The notes: a model not told the origin generated them from the letters alone. DNA of 64,000 nt from an uncultured Pseudomonadota bacterium (GCA_902781465.1 CACZJK010000001.1:142831-206830), one strand, 5' to 3'. Counted from the stretch's first letter, positions 19,659 to 29,751 are shown. Numbers and translations: made by a program.

Positions 19659-20815
19659 AACTGTTGTTAGTTGTAAATTCGTCTCTTATTAATTCTACCG
19701 GTGGTGTTGAGCACGTTTTGTGTGATATGGCAAATGAAATGGAAAAACGTGGTTTTGATGTTCATATTGCAACAATGGAAAACAAAGAAGGAAAGCCTTT
19801 TTTCTATTTAAATAAAAATATAAGTTTTAAGAATTTGTACCCAGAATTGAGCAATAAAAATAAATTTATAAAAAAATTGATATCGCTATTTTTGAAGATA
19901 GCAGGCAAAAATAATTATAGGGATTTTTATTTCAAATCTTTAGTTTATCAAAAATATATACATTCTATTCAACCAGATTTAATAATAGCTTTTTCTTTGC
20001 CGACATTATTGGAGATGACATATACGAATAAAGGAAAATGTCCAATTATATTGACTGTTCATGGAAACCCAGTTAATGATTATACAGATAGGTTTTGGTC
20101 AAGGCCAACTTATATGAATAAATTATTTAGAAAAACTTATAAAAATGCAGATGTTATACAGGTCCTTTTGGATAGTTATAAATCTTTTGTTCCAAAAGAA
20201 TATAAGGGTGAAGTAATAACAATTGGAAATATAGCACCTTTTGTCTCAAAAGAACCGTTGTCATTAGATAAACAAAAAATTACAAGTATTGGACGACTTT
20301 GTTTGGAAAAACATCAAGATTTATTAATAAAGGCTTTTGCTAAAATCAGTGATAAATTTCCAAATTGGTCTTTGGATATATATGGTGAAGGTTATTTAAG
20401 AGAAGAATATCAAAGCCTGATTGATAAATTAAAAATGACAAAAAAGATTCATTTAAAAGGTACTAGCAAGAAAACGAAAGAAATTTTAATAAATTCTTCC
20501 TTATTTGTTTTACCGTCACATGTTGAAGGGTTCCCTTTGGTGTTAGCAGAAGCAATGGGAGTAGGGTTGCCTTGTATTGGATTGCAAGATTGTGATGGGA
20601 CAAATGAAATTATAAAACATAAAGAAACAGGTTTTTTGGTTGCTGATGATGAAAATGATTTGGCAAAAGCGATGAGTTTGTTGATGTATGATTCTAAATT
20701 AAGACAAAAATATGGAAAAAACAGCCAACATGAAATGTTGCAATATTCATCTAATATAATTTGGGATAAATGGGAAGATTTAATTAAAAAAACAATCAAC
20801 GAAAAGAGAAAATAA
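19655..20815 (+). CDS. Glycosyltransferase family 4 (GT-B)
   Basis: C-terminal EGFPLVLAEAMGVGLPCIG motif; overlaps the upstream gene by 4 nt. Confidence 0.85.
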   Translation: MKLLLVVNSSLINSTGGVEHVLCDMANEMEKRGFDVHIATMENKEGKPFFYLNKNISFKNLYPELSNKNKFIKKLISLFLKIAGKNNYRDFYFKSLVYQKYIHSIQPDLIIAFSLPTLLEMTYTNKGKCPIILTVHGNPVNDYTDRFWSRPTYMNKLFRKTYKNADVIQVLLDSYKSFVPKEYKGEVITIGNIAPFVSKEPLSLDKQKITSIGRLCLEKHQDLLIKAFAKISDKFPNWSLDIYGEGYLREEYQSLIDKLKMTKKIHLKGTSKKTKEILINSSLFVLPSHVEGFPLVLAEAMGVGLPCIGLQDCDGTNEIIKHKETGFLVADDENDLAKAMSLLMYDSKLRQKYGKNSQHEMLQYSSNIIWDKWEDLIKKTINEKRK

Positions 20816-20816
20816 T

Positions 20817-21695
20817 ATGAAAAAGAATTTACCGGTTTGTAATCTTAGTGTAAAAGCTGGGTTGGGAAATAGGATAAAAGGATTGTTTTCTTTTATTCGT
20901 CAATATCAACCAAAAGAAATGATTTTAATTTGGCCTAAAACTCTTGTCAAAAAATCTTTTTTAGAATTATTTTGCTTTGATTATCCTGTAAAAATTTATG
21001 AAAAAGATATTCCAAATTATAATATCCCTGAACAGTCTTGGCGTTTTTATGTGTCAGAATCCGACAATATTTCAAAAAACTTTTCAAAAATTCCATTAGA
21101 TTTTAATGACCCTGTTTTTGATTTGGAATACAATAGAACACCAAAAAGAATGGTAAAAGTATATTCGCAATATTTTCAAAAATTAAAACCAAACGCAAAT
21201 ATTCAAAAAATTATTAATTCTGTTATATTGCCAAAAAATACAGTTGCTTTGCATGTTCGAAACCATTCTGATTGGAAAGATGGTGGTAGAAATACAAATT
21301 TGAAAGAATTTACCAAATGTATGGATAAATATTCTAAGGATACTTTTTTCTTTTTATCTGCTCATGATAAAGATATATCTGATTATTTTAAGAAAAAATA
21401 TAAAATAATAGAAGTTCCAAATAAAAATTATTCATCAATAGAATATGCGATTGCTGATTTATATTTATTATCAAAATGTAAAGAAGCAATTTATTCTTGT
21501 GGTTCTACTTTTTCAGAAATCTCTTGGTGGATTGGCGGGTGCAAGGCCAAAGCGCATGTTATAGGCTCTTATGATGATTGGGTTGAAGTAAATAAAAGAA
21601 TTAAATTTTTCAGAATAGAAAAAACTGAAAATCGTACAAGATTTTACTTTTTTGGTAAAAAAATATTATCGATAAAAAGACCTACTAAAAAATAG
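20817..21695 (+). CDS. Putative fucosyltransferase-like glycosyltransferase (GT11-like motifs)
   Basis: HVRNHSDW (compare GT11 HxRRGDY) and C-terminal CGSTFSEISWWIG (compare GT11 SNSTFSWWAA). Confidence 0.4.
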   Translation: MKKNLPVCNLSVKAGLGNRIKGLFSFIRQYQPKEMILIWPKTLVKKSFLELFCFDYPVKIYEKDIPNYNIPEQSWRFYVSESDNISKNFSKIPLDFNDPVFDLEYNRTPKRMVKVYSQYFQKLKPNANIQKIINSVILPKNTVALHVRNHSDWKDGGRNTNLKEFTKCMDKYSKDTFFFLSAHDKDISDYFKKKYKIIEVPNKNYSSIEYAIADLYLLSKCKEAIYSCGSTFSEISWWIGGCKAKAHVIGSYDDWVEVNKRIKFFRIEKTENRTRFYFFGKKILSIKRPTKK

Positions 21696-21707
21696 CAGGT
21701 CTAATAT

Positions 21708-22013
21708 TCATGCCTTTGGATATTTTGATTTTATCTCGGCAATTTTTTCTTGCCATTTGTTTGTGTTGTTAACTTTATCCCAATATATCATATCCAGTTG
21801 TTCTGAAATGCTTGGATATTCATTTTGCCTTTTTTCAACGTAAGTTTTTTCTGGTTCAATTGGTGCATAACCTTTGACATACAAAAGTCCATCATATCCG
21901 GTTTCTGTTTCGCCTGTATAAACTTCCATGCCCCATTTTTTTACTCGTTCTTGATTGTTTTTTGTATCAAGCCATTCATTTAATATAAAACTATTTTTTT
22001 CTTTGACTAACAT
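21708..22013 (-). CDS. Small phage-associated protein (about 101 aa), probable tail-fibre assembly/chaperone-type partner; start MLVKEKNS overlaps the upstream stop (TAATG)
   Basis: TAATG stop/start overlap with the tail-fibre-like gene; acidic, W/Y-rich. The six-frame ORF extends further to 22088, inside the upstream gene. Confidence 0.4.
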   Translation of the reverse strand: MLVKEKNSFILNEWLDTKNNQERVKKWGMEVYTGETETGYDGLLYVKGYAPIEPEKTYVEKRQNEYPSISEQLDMIYWDKVNNTNKWQEKIAEIKSKYPKA

Positions 22014-22540
22014 TATAAACTCCCTTTTAACGGAAAAATTTTTAAAGATCTGTCCACGTTGCGACCGCCAACCATTTTCCAATACCACCCTTTTGGAACA
22101 TAAAATTCACCAGAAATTTTAAAAGAACCAGAGCCTGCATTTGATTCACGTAATGTTGTAAAAGTATTGCCATCAGAAGACACACATGGGGCAACATTAG
22201 GATTTCCATCAATGTGATTAGTCTGATAATTAACAACACAATCATAATCTGCTAAATATGTTGTGTCCCAATTCTTACTGACAGGTGCAGAATAATCTGG
22301 CGTTGATAGGTTAGATATAACTTTTTTACCTGTTGTGCTTATGTTATCCATATCTGTATTGGCTTTTGATGTGACGGTTGGTATTTCGCTTTGTTTGGCC
22401 AATTTTATGCCGCCTGCGGTTTCACCATCGTGAACACGTAATGTTTTATTTGTTGTGTCCATGGTGACTTCGCCAATTGCGCCGGTAAAGGCATCATTTT
22501 CCGTCGCTGTTCCGCGACGAATTTGTATTTGTCTTGACAT
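22013..22540 (-). CDS. Small phage tail-fibre-like protein carrying the HylP/tail-fibre N-terminal motif
   Basis: IQIRRGTATENDAFTGAIGEVTMDTTNKTLRVHDGETAGGIKLA matches the conserved N-terminal block of phage hyaluronidase/tail-fibre proteins (…RxxxAxW…L..GE.G.ETDT..lK.GDG). Confidence 0.5.
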   Translation of the reverse strand: MSRQIQIRRGTATENDAFTGAIGEVTMDTTNKTLRVHDGETAGGIKLAKQSEIPTVTSKANTDMDNISTTGKKVISNLSTPDYSAPVSKNWDTTYLADYDCVVNYQTNHIDGNPNVAPCVSSDGNTFTTLRESNAGSGSFKISGEFYVPKGWYWKMVGGRNVDRSLKIFPLKGSL

Positions 22541-22674
22541 TAAATTACTCCATTTTTATATAAAAAAGGCCGGCATTTGCCGGCAATTAAACAAATAAAA
22601 ACGACGGTTTTGCCCCATCGAATTGCTTTTATTATATCATAATTTCAATAAAAAATCAATGTTTTGCTTTTTAT

Positions 22675-22702
22675 TTGATTTTTTGCGATTCATGGGTATA
22701 AT
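22675..22702 (+). promoter_or_regulatory. Sigma70-like promoter TTGATT-16-TATAAT for tRNA-Thr
   Basis: TTGATT 22675-22680; TATAAT 22697-22702; tRNA starts at 22714. Confidence 0.5.
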
Positions 22703-22713
22703 ATCTGGCGATT

Positions 22714-22787
22714 GCCCTAATAGTCTAGTGGTAAAACACGTCCTTGGTAAGGACGAGTCGCAAGTCCGATTCTTGCTTAGGGCACCA
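22714..22787 (+). tRNA. tRNA-Thr (GGU)
   Basis: Acceptor GCCCTAA/TTAGGGC; anticodon stem CGTCC/GGACG with loop TTGGTAA; T arm GCAAG-TCCGATT-CTTGC; encoded CCA. Confidence 0.85.
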
Positions 22788-22948
22788 GGTTTTTTCAAAT
22801 ATGTTGATGCGACTGACAACCGCGGAGTGTTTGTGAAATCTTAAAAGTAAGAAAAGCAGGGTGGCACCGCGCGAAAAAATCTTAGCGCCCCTGTGATTTA
22901 AGATTTGAATTGGTGCCGTATCCAAAAATTTTATTACGACACCGAAAT

Positions 22949-22972
22949 CCCACTTCGCCAAGGCTTCGTGGG
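22949..22972 (+). repeat. Conserved hairpin motif CCCAC-TTC-GCC-AA-GGC-TTC-GTGGG (copy 1 of 2; copy 2 at 55151-55176)
   Basis: Shared core CTTCGCCAAGGCTTCG; the outer stem differs by compensatory changes (CCCAC/GTGGG versus CCCGCC/GGTGGG). Confidence 0.4.
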
Positions 22973-22995
22973 ACAAGCAAAAAAAGGTGTAAAAA

Positions 22996-24765
22996 ATGCT
23001 TTCTTTGAAATCTAAATACAGAACGCATACCTGTGGTGAATTGACTGAAAAAAACGTTGGTGAAGTTGTCACTTTGTCAGGTTGGGTTCATCGTAAACGC
23101 GATCATGGTTCTTTGTTATTTGTTGATTTGCGTGATAATTATGGAATAACTCAGTGTGTGTTTGATGGCGGGGATGAAAATTTAGAAAAAATTCGTCCTG
23201 AATCTGTTATCAGAATTACTGGTAAAGTCGTTGCGCGTGATGCAGAGGCGATTAATGATAAAATCCCAACTGGTCATATTGAAATAAAATCTGAAAATTG
23301 GGAAGTTTTAACAAACGCAGAAGTTTTGCCTTTCCAAGTTTTTGGCGATGAAGATACCAGTGAAGAATTGCGTTATAAATATCGTTTCTTAGACTTGCGT
23401 CGTGAAAAATTACACCACAATATTTTAATGCGCAATAAAATGATGAAGTGGTTGCGCGATAAAATGTGGGATATGGGATTCAGTGAATTCCAAACACCTT
23501 TGTTGACGGCTGATTCCCCAGAAGGTGCACGTTGTTTCTTGGTCCCAAGTCGTTTGCATCATGGTAAATTCTATGCGTTGCCTCAGGCGCCACAGATGTT
23601 CAAACAATTGTTGCAAGTATCTGGGTTCGACAGATATTTCCAAATTGCACCTTGTTTCCGTGATGAAGATTTGCGCGCAGACAGATTGTTAGAATTTTAT
23701 CAATTAGATATCGAAATGTCCTTTGTGGATCAATCTGATATTCAGGCGGTTGGTGAAAAATTGATGCCTGAATTTGTAAAGGCTTTTGCGCCAGATGCAA
23801 ATGTATATCCTGAAATTCCACATATTTCTTTTGACGATGCGATGTTGAAATATGGTTGCGATAAACCAGATCTTCGTAATCCTATTTTGATATCAGATGT
23901 GACGGATGTTTTCCGTGGTTCAGATTTCGGAATATTCGCAAATGCAATTGAAAACGGTGCGGTTGTGCGTGCTGTTCCTGCGCCAAAATCATCTGATAAA
24001 CCACGTTCTTGGTTTGATAAATTAGGTGATTATGCGGTCAAAGAATTAGGTCTTGGTGGGTTAGGTTATATAGTTTTTGCCGAAGAAGCCAAAGGTCCAG
24101 TTGCAAAGAAATTGGATGCAGACCGTATCGCCAAATTACACGAAATTGCAGGCGATAATTCTTCGATATTCTTTATTTGTGATATGGAAGAAAAGGCTGC
24201 AAAAACCGCCGGTAAATTACGTAATAAATTGGGTGAAGATTTGGGCTTGGTCAATCCACGTGATTTTGCTTTTTGTTGGGTTGATAATTTCCCGTTCTTT
24301 GAACCAGATGAAGAACGTGCAGGTGCACCAAAGTTCACACACAATCCGTTCTCTTACCCAATTGCGACATTGGAAGAACTGAATACAAAAGATCCTTTCT
24401 CTATCAAGGCGGCGCAATTTGATATGGTGTTAAACGGTATTGAAATTTGCAGTGGTGGTTTGCGTAACTATAACCCAGATGTTATGAAAAAATGTTTTGA
24501 TATCGCGGGTTATCCAATCGAAGCCGTTGAACAAAACTTTAATGCTTTGTACACTGCGTTCAAATATGGCGCACCACCACACGGTGGATGTGCGTTTGGT
24601 ATTGAAAGATTGGTTTCTGAAATCTTGGGCGATGGTGAAAGCGTTCGTGAAATCGTTGCGTTCCCTGCGAACCAGCGTGGCCAAGATTTGTTAATGGGAT
24701 CGCCAAACGAAGTGACTGAACAACAATTACGTGATGTACATATTCAAGTACGTAAACGTGGTTAA
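22996..24765 (+). CDS. aspS: Aspartate--tRNA ligase
   Basis: 589 aa; class II aaRS motifs (FRDEDLRADR, GGCAFGIERL); N-terminal OB anticodon-binding domain. Confidence 0.95.
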   Translation: MLSLKSKYRTHTCGELTEKNVGEVVTLSGWVHRKRDHGSLLFVDLRDNYGITQCVFDGGDENLEKIRPESVIRITGKVVARDAEAINDKIPTGHIEIKSENWEVLTNAEVLPFQVFGDEDTSEELRYKYRFLDLRREKLHHNILMRNKMMKWLRDKMWDMGFSEFQTPLLTADSPEGARCFLVPSRLHHGKFYALPQAPQMFKQLLQVSGFDRYFQIAPCFRDEDLRADRLLEFYQLDIEMSFVDQSDIQAVGEKLMPEFVKAFAPDANVYPEIPHISFDDAMLKYGCDKPDLRNPILISDVTDVFRGSDFGIFANAIENGAVVRAVPAPKSSDKPRSWFDKLGDYAVKELGLGGLGYIVFAEEAKGPVAKKLDADRIAKLHEIAGDNSSIFFICDMEEKAAKTAGKLRNKLGEDLGLVNPRDFAFCWVDNFPFFEPDEERAGAPKFTHNPFSYPIATLEELNTKDPFSIKAAQFDMVLNGIEICSGGLRNYNPDVMKKCFDIAGYPIEAVEQNFNALYTAFKYGAPPHGGCAFGIERLVSEILGDGESVREIVAFPANQRGQDLLMGSPNEVTEQQLRDVHIQVRKRG

Positions 24766-24784
24766 TAATAAATCTTGAAAAAAT

Positions 24785-24809
24785 ACCCCGATTTGTTCGG
24801 GGTGTTTTT
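24785..24809 (+). terminator. Rho-independent terminator CCCCGATTTGTTCGGGG followed by a T-run (after aspS; also serves the convergent asmA-like gene)
   Basis: Read directly. Confidence 0.6.
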
Positions 24810-24813
24810 TTTA

Positions 24814-27318
24814 TTAAAACTGATTATGAAATCTTATGAATTCACGCATATATTCAGGATCAAAATTTATCATAATTTGCGATAATGAAAATTCACGTGA
24901 ATTATCTGGGAATATCATTAAATCAACCGGTTCTGGCGATGCAGATGTTCCACGTAAAATGATTTTTAATTGGGCGCGCATTTCATTGTTTTCAATTTGT
25001 AAAATACCGGTCGCTTCTGCGTGAGGCATGGATAAACTGAATGGTTCTGTGGTTTTTATATTTCCATTATTATAGGTCCCAACTATGTGCATTTTTTTCA
25101 GTGGTGTAATCCCATTTTTTAACGCGTTGTATAAAGATCTTTCACCATCTTGTTTCGTTGTAAATACAGGGGCTGATGCATAAAATTCTGCCAATCCCAG
25201 GCCATAAAGTTTGCCGCCTTCGAATGATGCATCGAATGTTCCATTAAGGTTATTTATAATATCATGCGCTATCATTCCATAAGTATTCAATTTTATTTCT
25301 GCGGTGATTGCGGTATCAGAAATGTTAAGTGGCATAAAGTCAGGCAATAAATTCCCATCAAATACAAATTTATTTAATTGTATGTTTATTGCGTACTTAA
25401 TATTATCTTTCTTGATAGATGCCAACATATTTCCGCGGTTAGAATCTGTTATAGAAAACGTCTGAGTATTTTGGTTCAGCGAATATACAAAATTGTTATA
25501 TTCTGTATCTTTGTATACCAGTTTGTTTGCAGACAATGCAACATTTACATCTGTTTCAAATGGTAATAATACAGGATGATTTGTAAAGAAAGACAGATCT
25601 TCGAATTTTTCAACAAAAGATTGATTTATAAACGGTGTTATATTAAAAATATCTGTCTTTAATGTAATTGATTTCCCAGATAATATCCCAGTAAGTTTAT
25701 GGCCTGCAATTTCAACAACGAAATCTGAAATGGTTCCGTTTTTATAATTTCCGGATAAAATATAAGGCAAATCATTAAAGGCCTGTAAATCAACTTTGCG
25801 TGTTAAACGTTTGAAATTTTCACCGCGTAATATAAAGAAGTCTGTACTTTTAGACAACTGCCATTGTTTTGAATTTGGAGTAAATATCATAACCCCATTA
25901 GTCCATACGAAATCACCAGGTTCGTCTTTCATAAAGTCTGGCAAGAATTTTAAATTGATTTTTGCCTGGTTCAATGATTTGTTATCAAGGCGTGTATAAT
26001 CAACGGTATAACTGTCCTTGCCAAGGTGTAATGTCCCAACCATATCAGGATAATAAAATCTTACTTCACCACTGGAAGCCAGTTTTCTTATTGTGACGAC
26101 GAAAGGTTTCATATCTGCGTATATTGCGGTTGAATAAACATCTGCATCAATTACATCATCTTTGACTGAAAAAACAGAAGTAATATTGTTTCCATGTGAA
26201 TATTCTTTACAATACCAATTTGTTGGTGTTCCGTTGAACAGGCATTTTGTATGAAGACCGGATAATGGACCAGCTATATTAACATCGTGTGCGCCATTTT
26301 CATCAATATAACCACCGTTTATATGTGTTTCATCTGCGATAATTGTATCGATATTTATTTGTTTGTCGTTTCCATTGGTAAGTATTCTTAGATGATTTAT
26401 TTTATGGTTCATAAAAGTCATGTTGCCATAAAAATCTAAATCAAAATATGCGTTTTGTAATATTTCAGGACTGTCCAAGAAAAAAGACATATCATAATCT
26501 GCGTTATCAGATCTTAATTTTATTATTCTGTATCCATCGTCTTTTAATTCAATACTGCCATAGACGCCATTTGCAGAAATATTGTCAAACTTTATTCCAT
26601 AGTTTCCGTCCCAGAAAACATCAGCAGTTATTGGAAATTGTCCGTTTATACGAGGCTTTTCAAATTCAAACCATCTGTTCACATTTTGCGCGATAATACT
26701 GATTTTTCCGCGCGCAGTACCGTCTTTGAATAATTTTCCGGTTAAATTCAAATCATTGTTTTTATTTTTTATAACAAAATTATTACCTGTCGATTGAATT
26801 TCGTATTTATGCTGATCTGTACGGACAAAGGCTTCGGTATTATTTTTTGAAAGTTCGGCGTGAATAATCTTGTATTCTTTGTTAAGGAATTTTATATCTG
26901 AATCATTGACAATGATTTTTTTATTTATTTCAAAAGGAACGATTTTTTCAATATAAAGCGATGCACCGTTAACCTGAATATCACCGTATATATCAGCCTT
27001 TTCAATATTAAATATATCAACAAGAGGAAACCCAAATTCAATTGAAGATATAACACCATTTGGAACAGATACATTATGGACCACAATTGCAGCCTTGCCC
27101 ATCAAACTGAAATGAACATTACCATGAATCTTGGCTTGGATACCTGTTTGGGTAAAAATAGCGTTTTCTATTTTTGGTTTAAGGCTATTAAGAGTTATTT
27201 GTGTTGGCACAACAATAACCGCCAGCACAACAAATGCGACAAAAGCCAACAAAGATATTAAAATTCTGTTAGTGTATTTAGATTTTGTGGACATCATTCT
27301 CTTTCCTTGTAATTTCAT
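24814..27318 (-). CDS. AsmA-family outer-membrane-biogenesis protein (N-terminal anchor plus long beta-rich periplasmic domain)
   Basis: N-terminus ILISLLAFVAFVVLAVIVVPTQITLNSLKPKIENAIFTQTGIQAKIHGNVHFSL resembles the AsmA N-domain; 834 aa of repetitive beta-strand pattern. Confidence 0.55.
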   Translation of the reverse strand: MKLQGKRMMSTKSKYTNRILISLLAFVAFVVLAVIVVPTQITLNSLKPKIENAIFTQTGIQAKIHGNVHFSLMGKAAIVVHNVSVPNGVISSIEFGFPLVDIFNIEKADIYGDIQVNGASLYIEKIVPFEINKKIIVNDSDIKFLNKEYKIIHAELSKNNTEAFVRTDQHKYEIQSTGNNFVIKNKNNDLNLTGKLFKDGTARGKISIIAQNVNRWFEFEKPRINGQFPITADVFWDGNYGIKFDNISANGVYGSIELKDDGYRIIKLRSDNADYDMSFFLDSPEILQNAYFDLDFYGNMTFMNHKINHLRILTNGNDKQINIDTIIADETHINGGYIDENGAHDVNIAGPLSGLHTKCLFNGTPTNWYCKEYSHGNNITSVFSVKDDVIDADVYSTAIYADMKPFVVTIRKLASSGEVRFYYPDMVGTLHLGKDSYTVDYTRLDNKSLNQAKINLKFLPDFMKDEPGDFVWTNGVMIFTPNSKQWQLSKSTDFFILRGENFKRLTRKVDLQAFNDLPYILSGNYKNGTISDFVVEIAGHKLTGILSGKSITLKTDIFNITPFINQSFVEKFEDLSFFTNHPVLLPFETDVNVALSANKLVYKDTEYNNFVYSLNQNTQTFSITDSNRGNMLASIKKDNIKYAINIQLNKFVFDGNLLPDFMPLNISDTAITAEIKLNTYGMIAHDIINNLNGTFDASFEGGKLYGLGLAEFYASAPVFTTKQDGERSLYNALKNGITPLKKMHIVGTYNNGNIKTTEPFSLSMPHAEATGILQIENNEMRAQLKIILRGTSASPEPVDLMIFPDNSREFSLSQIMINFDPEYMREFIRFHNQF

Positions 27319-27353
27319 TATAATGAATTATATTAATGTATGTGAATAAAAAA

Positions 27354-29351
27354 ATGAAAGATATTGAAAGTATTTTTTCTTTGGAATCTGATTTTGCGCC
27401 GATGGGGGATCAACCAACGGCGATTGCTGAATTGGTTGAAGGTGTCCAAAACGGTAAAAAATCCCAGGTTTTATTGGGTGTGACTGGTTCTGGTAAGACA
27501 TTTACAATGGCCAATGTTATTCAAAATTTAGGGCGTCCGACAATGATAATGGCGCCTAATAAGATATTGGCGGCACAATTATATACGGAAATGAAGGCGT
27601 TTTTCCCGCATAACCATGTGGAATATTTTGTGTCTTTTTATGACTATTATCAACCAGAGGCCTATGTTCCAACCACAGACACATATATAGATAAAGATGC
27701 ATCTATAAACGAACAATTGGATCGTATGCGCCACAGTGCTACGCGTGCCATGTTGGAAGAAAGGGACGTTATCGTTGTGTCATCTGTATCTTCTATTTAT
27801 GGTATTGGGTCGCCAGAACAATACAGCGAAATGAAATTAGTATTGAAAACAGGGGACAAGATATCTGAAAAAGATGTAATGCGTTCCCTTGTTGATATTC
27901 AGTATAAAAGAAACGAAATGGGATTTAATCGTGGTGATTTTCGTGCCCGTGGTGATACACTTGATATATTTCCTTCGCATTCCCAAGACAGGGCCTGGAA
28001 ATTATCCTTTTTTGGTGATGAAATTGACGAGATTTGGGAATTTGATACCTTAACAGGTGGTAAATTACACAAATTGGACAGGATTGTAGTTTATCCAAAT
28101 ACACACTATGCAACACCTATGCCATCTGTATTACAAGCAATAGGGCAAATTCGAACTGATTTGGAAGAAAGATTAAAATACTTTCATGATAATATGAAAT
28201 ATGTCGAAGAACAAAGATTACGCGAACGTGTGAACTTTGATATCGAAATGATGGAATCGACCGGAACTTGTCGTGGAATTGAAAACTATTCCAGATATTT
28301 AACCGGACGCCTGCCGGGCCAACCGCCACCAACCTTATTCGAATATTTACCAAAAGATGCTCTTTTATTCTTGGATGAAAGTCATGTGACGGTTCCTCAA
28401 ATTGGGGCGATGTCGCGTGGGGACAGGGCGCGCAAGGAAACACTTTCTCAATATGGATTTCGTTTGCCGTCTTGTGTTGATAATCGTCCTTTGACTTTTG
28501 AAGAGTGGGATATGTTGCGTCCGCAAACTATATTTGTTTCTGCAACGCCGGCACAATGGGAATTGGAACAATCAAACGGTATTGTAAGTGAACAGGTTAT
28601 TCGTCCAACCGGATTGTTGGACCCGATATGTGAAGTGCGCCCAACCAAAAATCAGGTTGATGATTTGCTCTATACCGTTAAAAAGACCAAAGGACGCGTT
28701 ATTGTCACGACGTTAACCAAGAAAATGGCAGAACAATTAACAGACTATTTTATTGAAAATGGTGTTCGTGCGCGTTATTTGCATTCTGATATTGAAACAT
28801 TGGAACGCATTGATTTATTGCGTGATTTAAGATTGGGTAAATATGATGTTTTGGTTGGCATAAATCTTTTACGCGAAGGTTTGGATGTCCCAGAATGCGA
28901 ATTGGTTGCGATTATGGATGCGGACAAAGAGGGCTTTTTGCGTTCAACACGTTCGTTGATTCAAACAATAGGACGTGCAGCGCGTAATGCAAACGGACGT
29001 GTAATTTTGTATGCGGATACTATAACCGAATCTATGCGTGCTGCGCTGGATGAAACTGCGCGTCGTCGTGAAAAGCAAGAAAAGTATAACAAAGAACATA
29101 ACATAACACCAAAGACTATATCAAAGTCTGTATTCGAAGAAGTTAAAGAAAAAGAAGAAAAAACTGACAAAACCAAAAAATTTGTTTATAGTAAAGATGG
29201 TGGTGTTATGGACGCAGAATCTTTGCGCAAGGAAATCAAGGCACTTACCAAGACTATGCAAAAACATGCCGAGAATTTAGAATTTGAACAGGCTGCTCAG
29301 GTTCGTGATTTGATTCATGCGCTGGAAGATGATTTATTATTGGTGGAATAA
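27354..29351 (+). CDS. uvrB: Excinuclease ABC subunit B
   Basis: [12 protein letters not shown], beta-hairpin [10 protein letters not shown], helicase motifs, C-terminal UvrB/UvrC interaction helix; ATG at 27354 matches the E. coli start alignment (the ORF is open from 27336). Confidence 0.95.
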   Translation: MKDIESIFSLESDFAPMGDQPTAIAELVEGVQNGKKSQVLLGVTGSGKTFTMANVIQNLGRPTMIMAPNKILAAQLYTEMKAFFPHNHVEYFVSFYDYYQPEAYVPTTDTYIDKDASINEQLDRMRHSATRAMLEERDVIVVSSVSSIYGIGSPEQYSEMKLVLKTGDKISEKDVMRSLVDIQYKRNEMGFNRGDFRARGDTLDIFPSHSQDRAWKLSFFGDEIDEIWEFDTLTGGKLHKLDRIVVYPNTHYATPMPSVLQAIGQIRTDLEERLKYFHDNMKYVEEQRLRERVNFDIEMMESTGTCRGIENYSRYLTGRLPGQPPPTLFEYLPKDALLFLDESHVTVPQIGAMSRGDRARKETLSQYGFRLPSCVDNRPLTFEEWDMLRPQTIFVSATPAQWELEQSNGIVSEQVIRPTGLLDPICEVRPTKNQVDDLLYTVKKTKGRVIVTTLTKKMAEQLTDYFIENGVRARYLHSDIETLERIDLLRDLRLGKYDVLVGINLLREGLDVPECELVAIMDADKEGFLRSTRSLIQTIGRAARNANGRVILYADTITESMRAALDETARRREKQEKYNKEHNITPKTISKSVFEEVKEKEEKTDKTKKFVYSKDGGVMDAESLRKEIKALTKTMQKHAENLEFEQAAQVRDLIHALEDDLLLVE

Positions 29352-29352
29352 A

Positions 29353-29751
29353 ATGAAAGAATATATATTAAATAATATTGAAGAAACAAGACAATTTGCA
29401 CGTGACTTTGCAAAGACTTTGCATGCACCAGTGACCGTTGCATTGCATGGTGATTTGGGTATGGGTAAAAGTGAAATTGCGCGAACCATAATAAAAACAT
29501 TGCGTGGCGAAGATACCGTGGTGCCAAGTCCGACTTTTACTCTGGTTCAAAATTATGATGGTATTTCGCATTTTGATTTGTACAGAATAGGGGATGCATC
29601 TGAATTGGAAGAAATTGGATTGCGATATGCAATTGATAATGATATTACGTTGATAGAATGGCCTGATATTGCAAAAGATATATTGCCAGAAAATACAATT
29701 CATATTTATATTACACAAAACGGAGATGGTCGTAAATTAGTGATTCAATAA
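29353..29751 (+). CDS. tsaE: tRNA threonylcarbamoyladenosine biosynthesis protein TsaE
   Basis: HGDLGMGKSEIAR P-loop and SPTFTLVQNY motif; starts 2 nt after the uvrB stop. Confidence 0.8.
   Translation: MKEYILNNIEETRQFARDFAKTLHAPVTVALHGDLGMGKSEIARTIIKTLRGEDTVVPSPTFTLVQNYDGISHFDLYRIGDASELEEIGLRYAIDNDITLIEWPDIAKDILPENTIHIYITQNGDGRKLVIQ

Noticed and set aside
9209-22600. A complete attL/attR pair delimiting the whole 13.5-kb island
   Set aside because: The tRNA-CAU 3'-end repeat lies only about 150 bp from the tRNA, not at the far end. No copy of it or of the tRNA-Thr end was found near 22541-22713, so the island's right boundary cannot be defined by att repeats.
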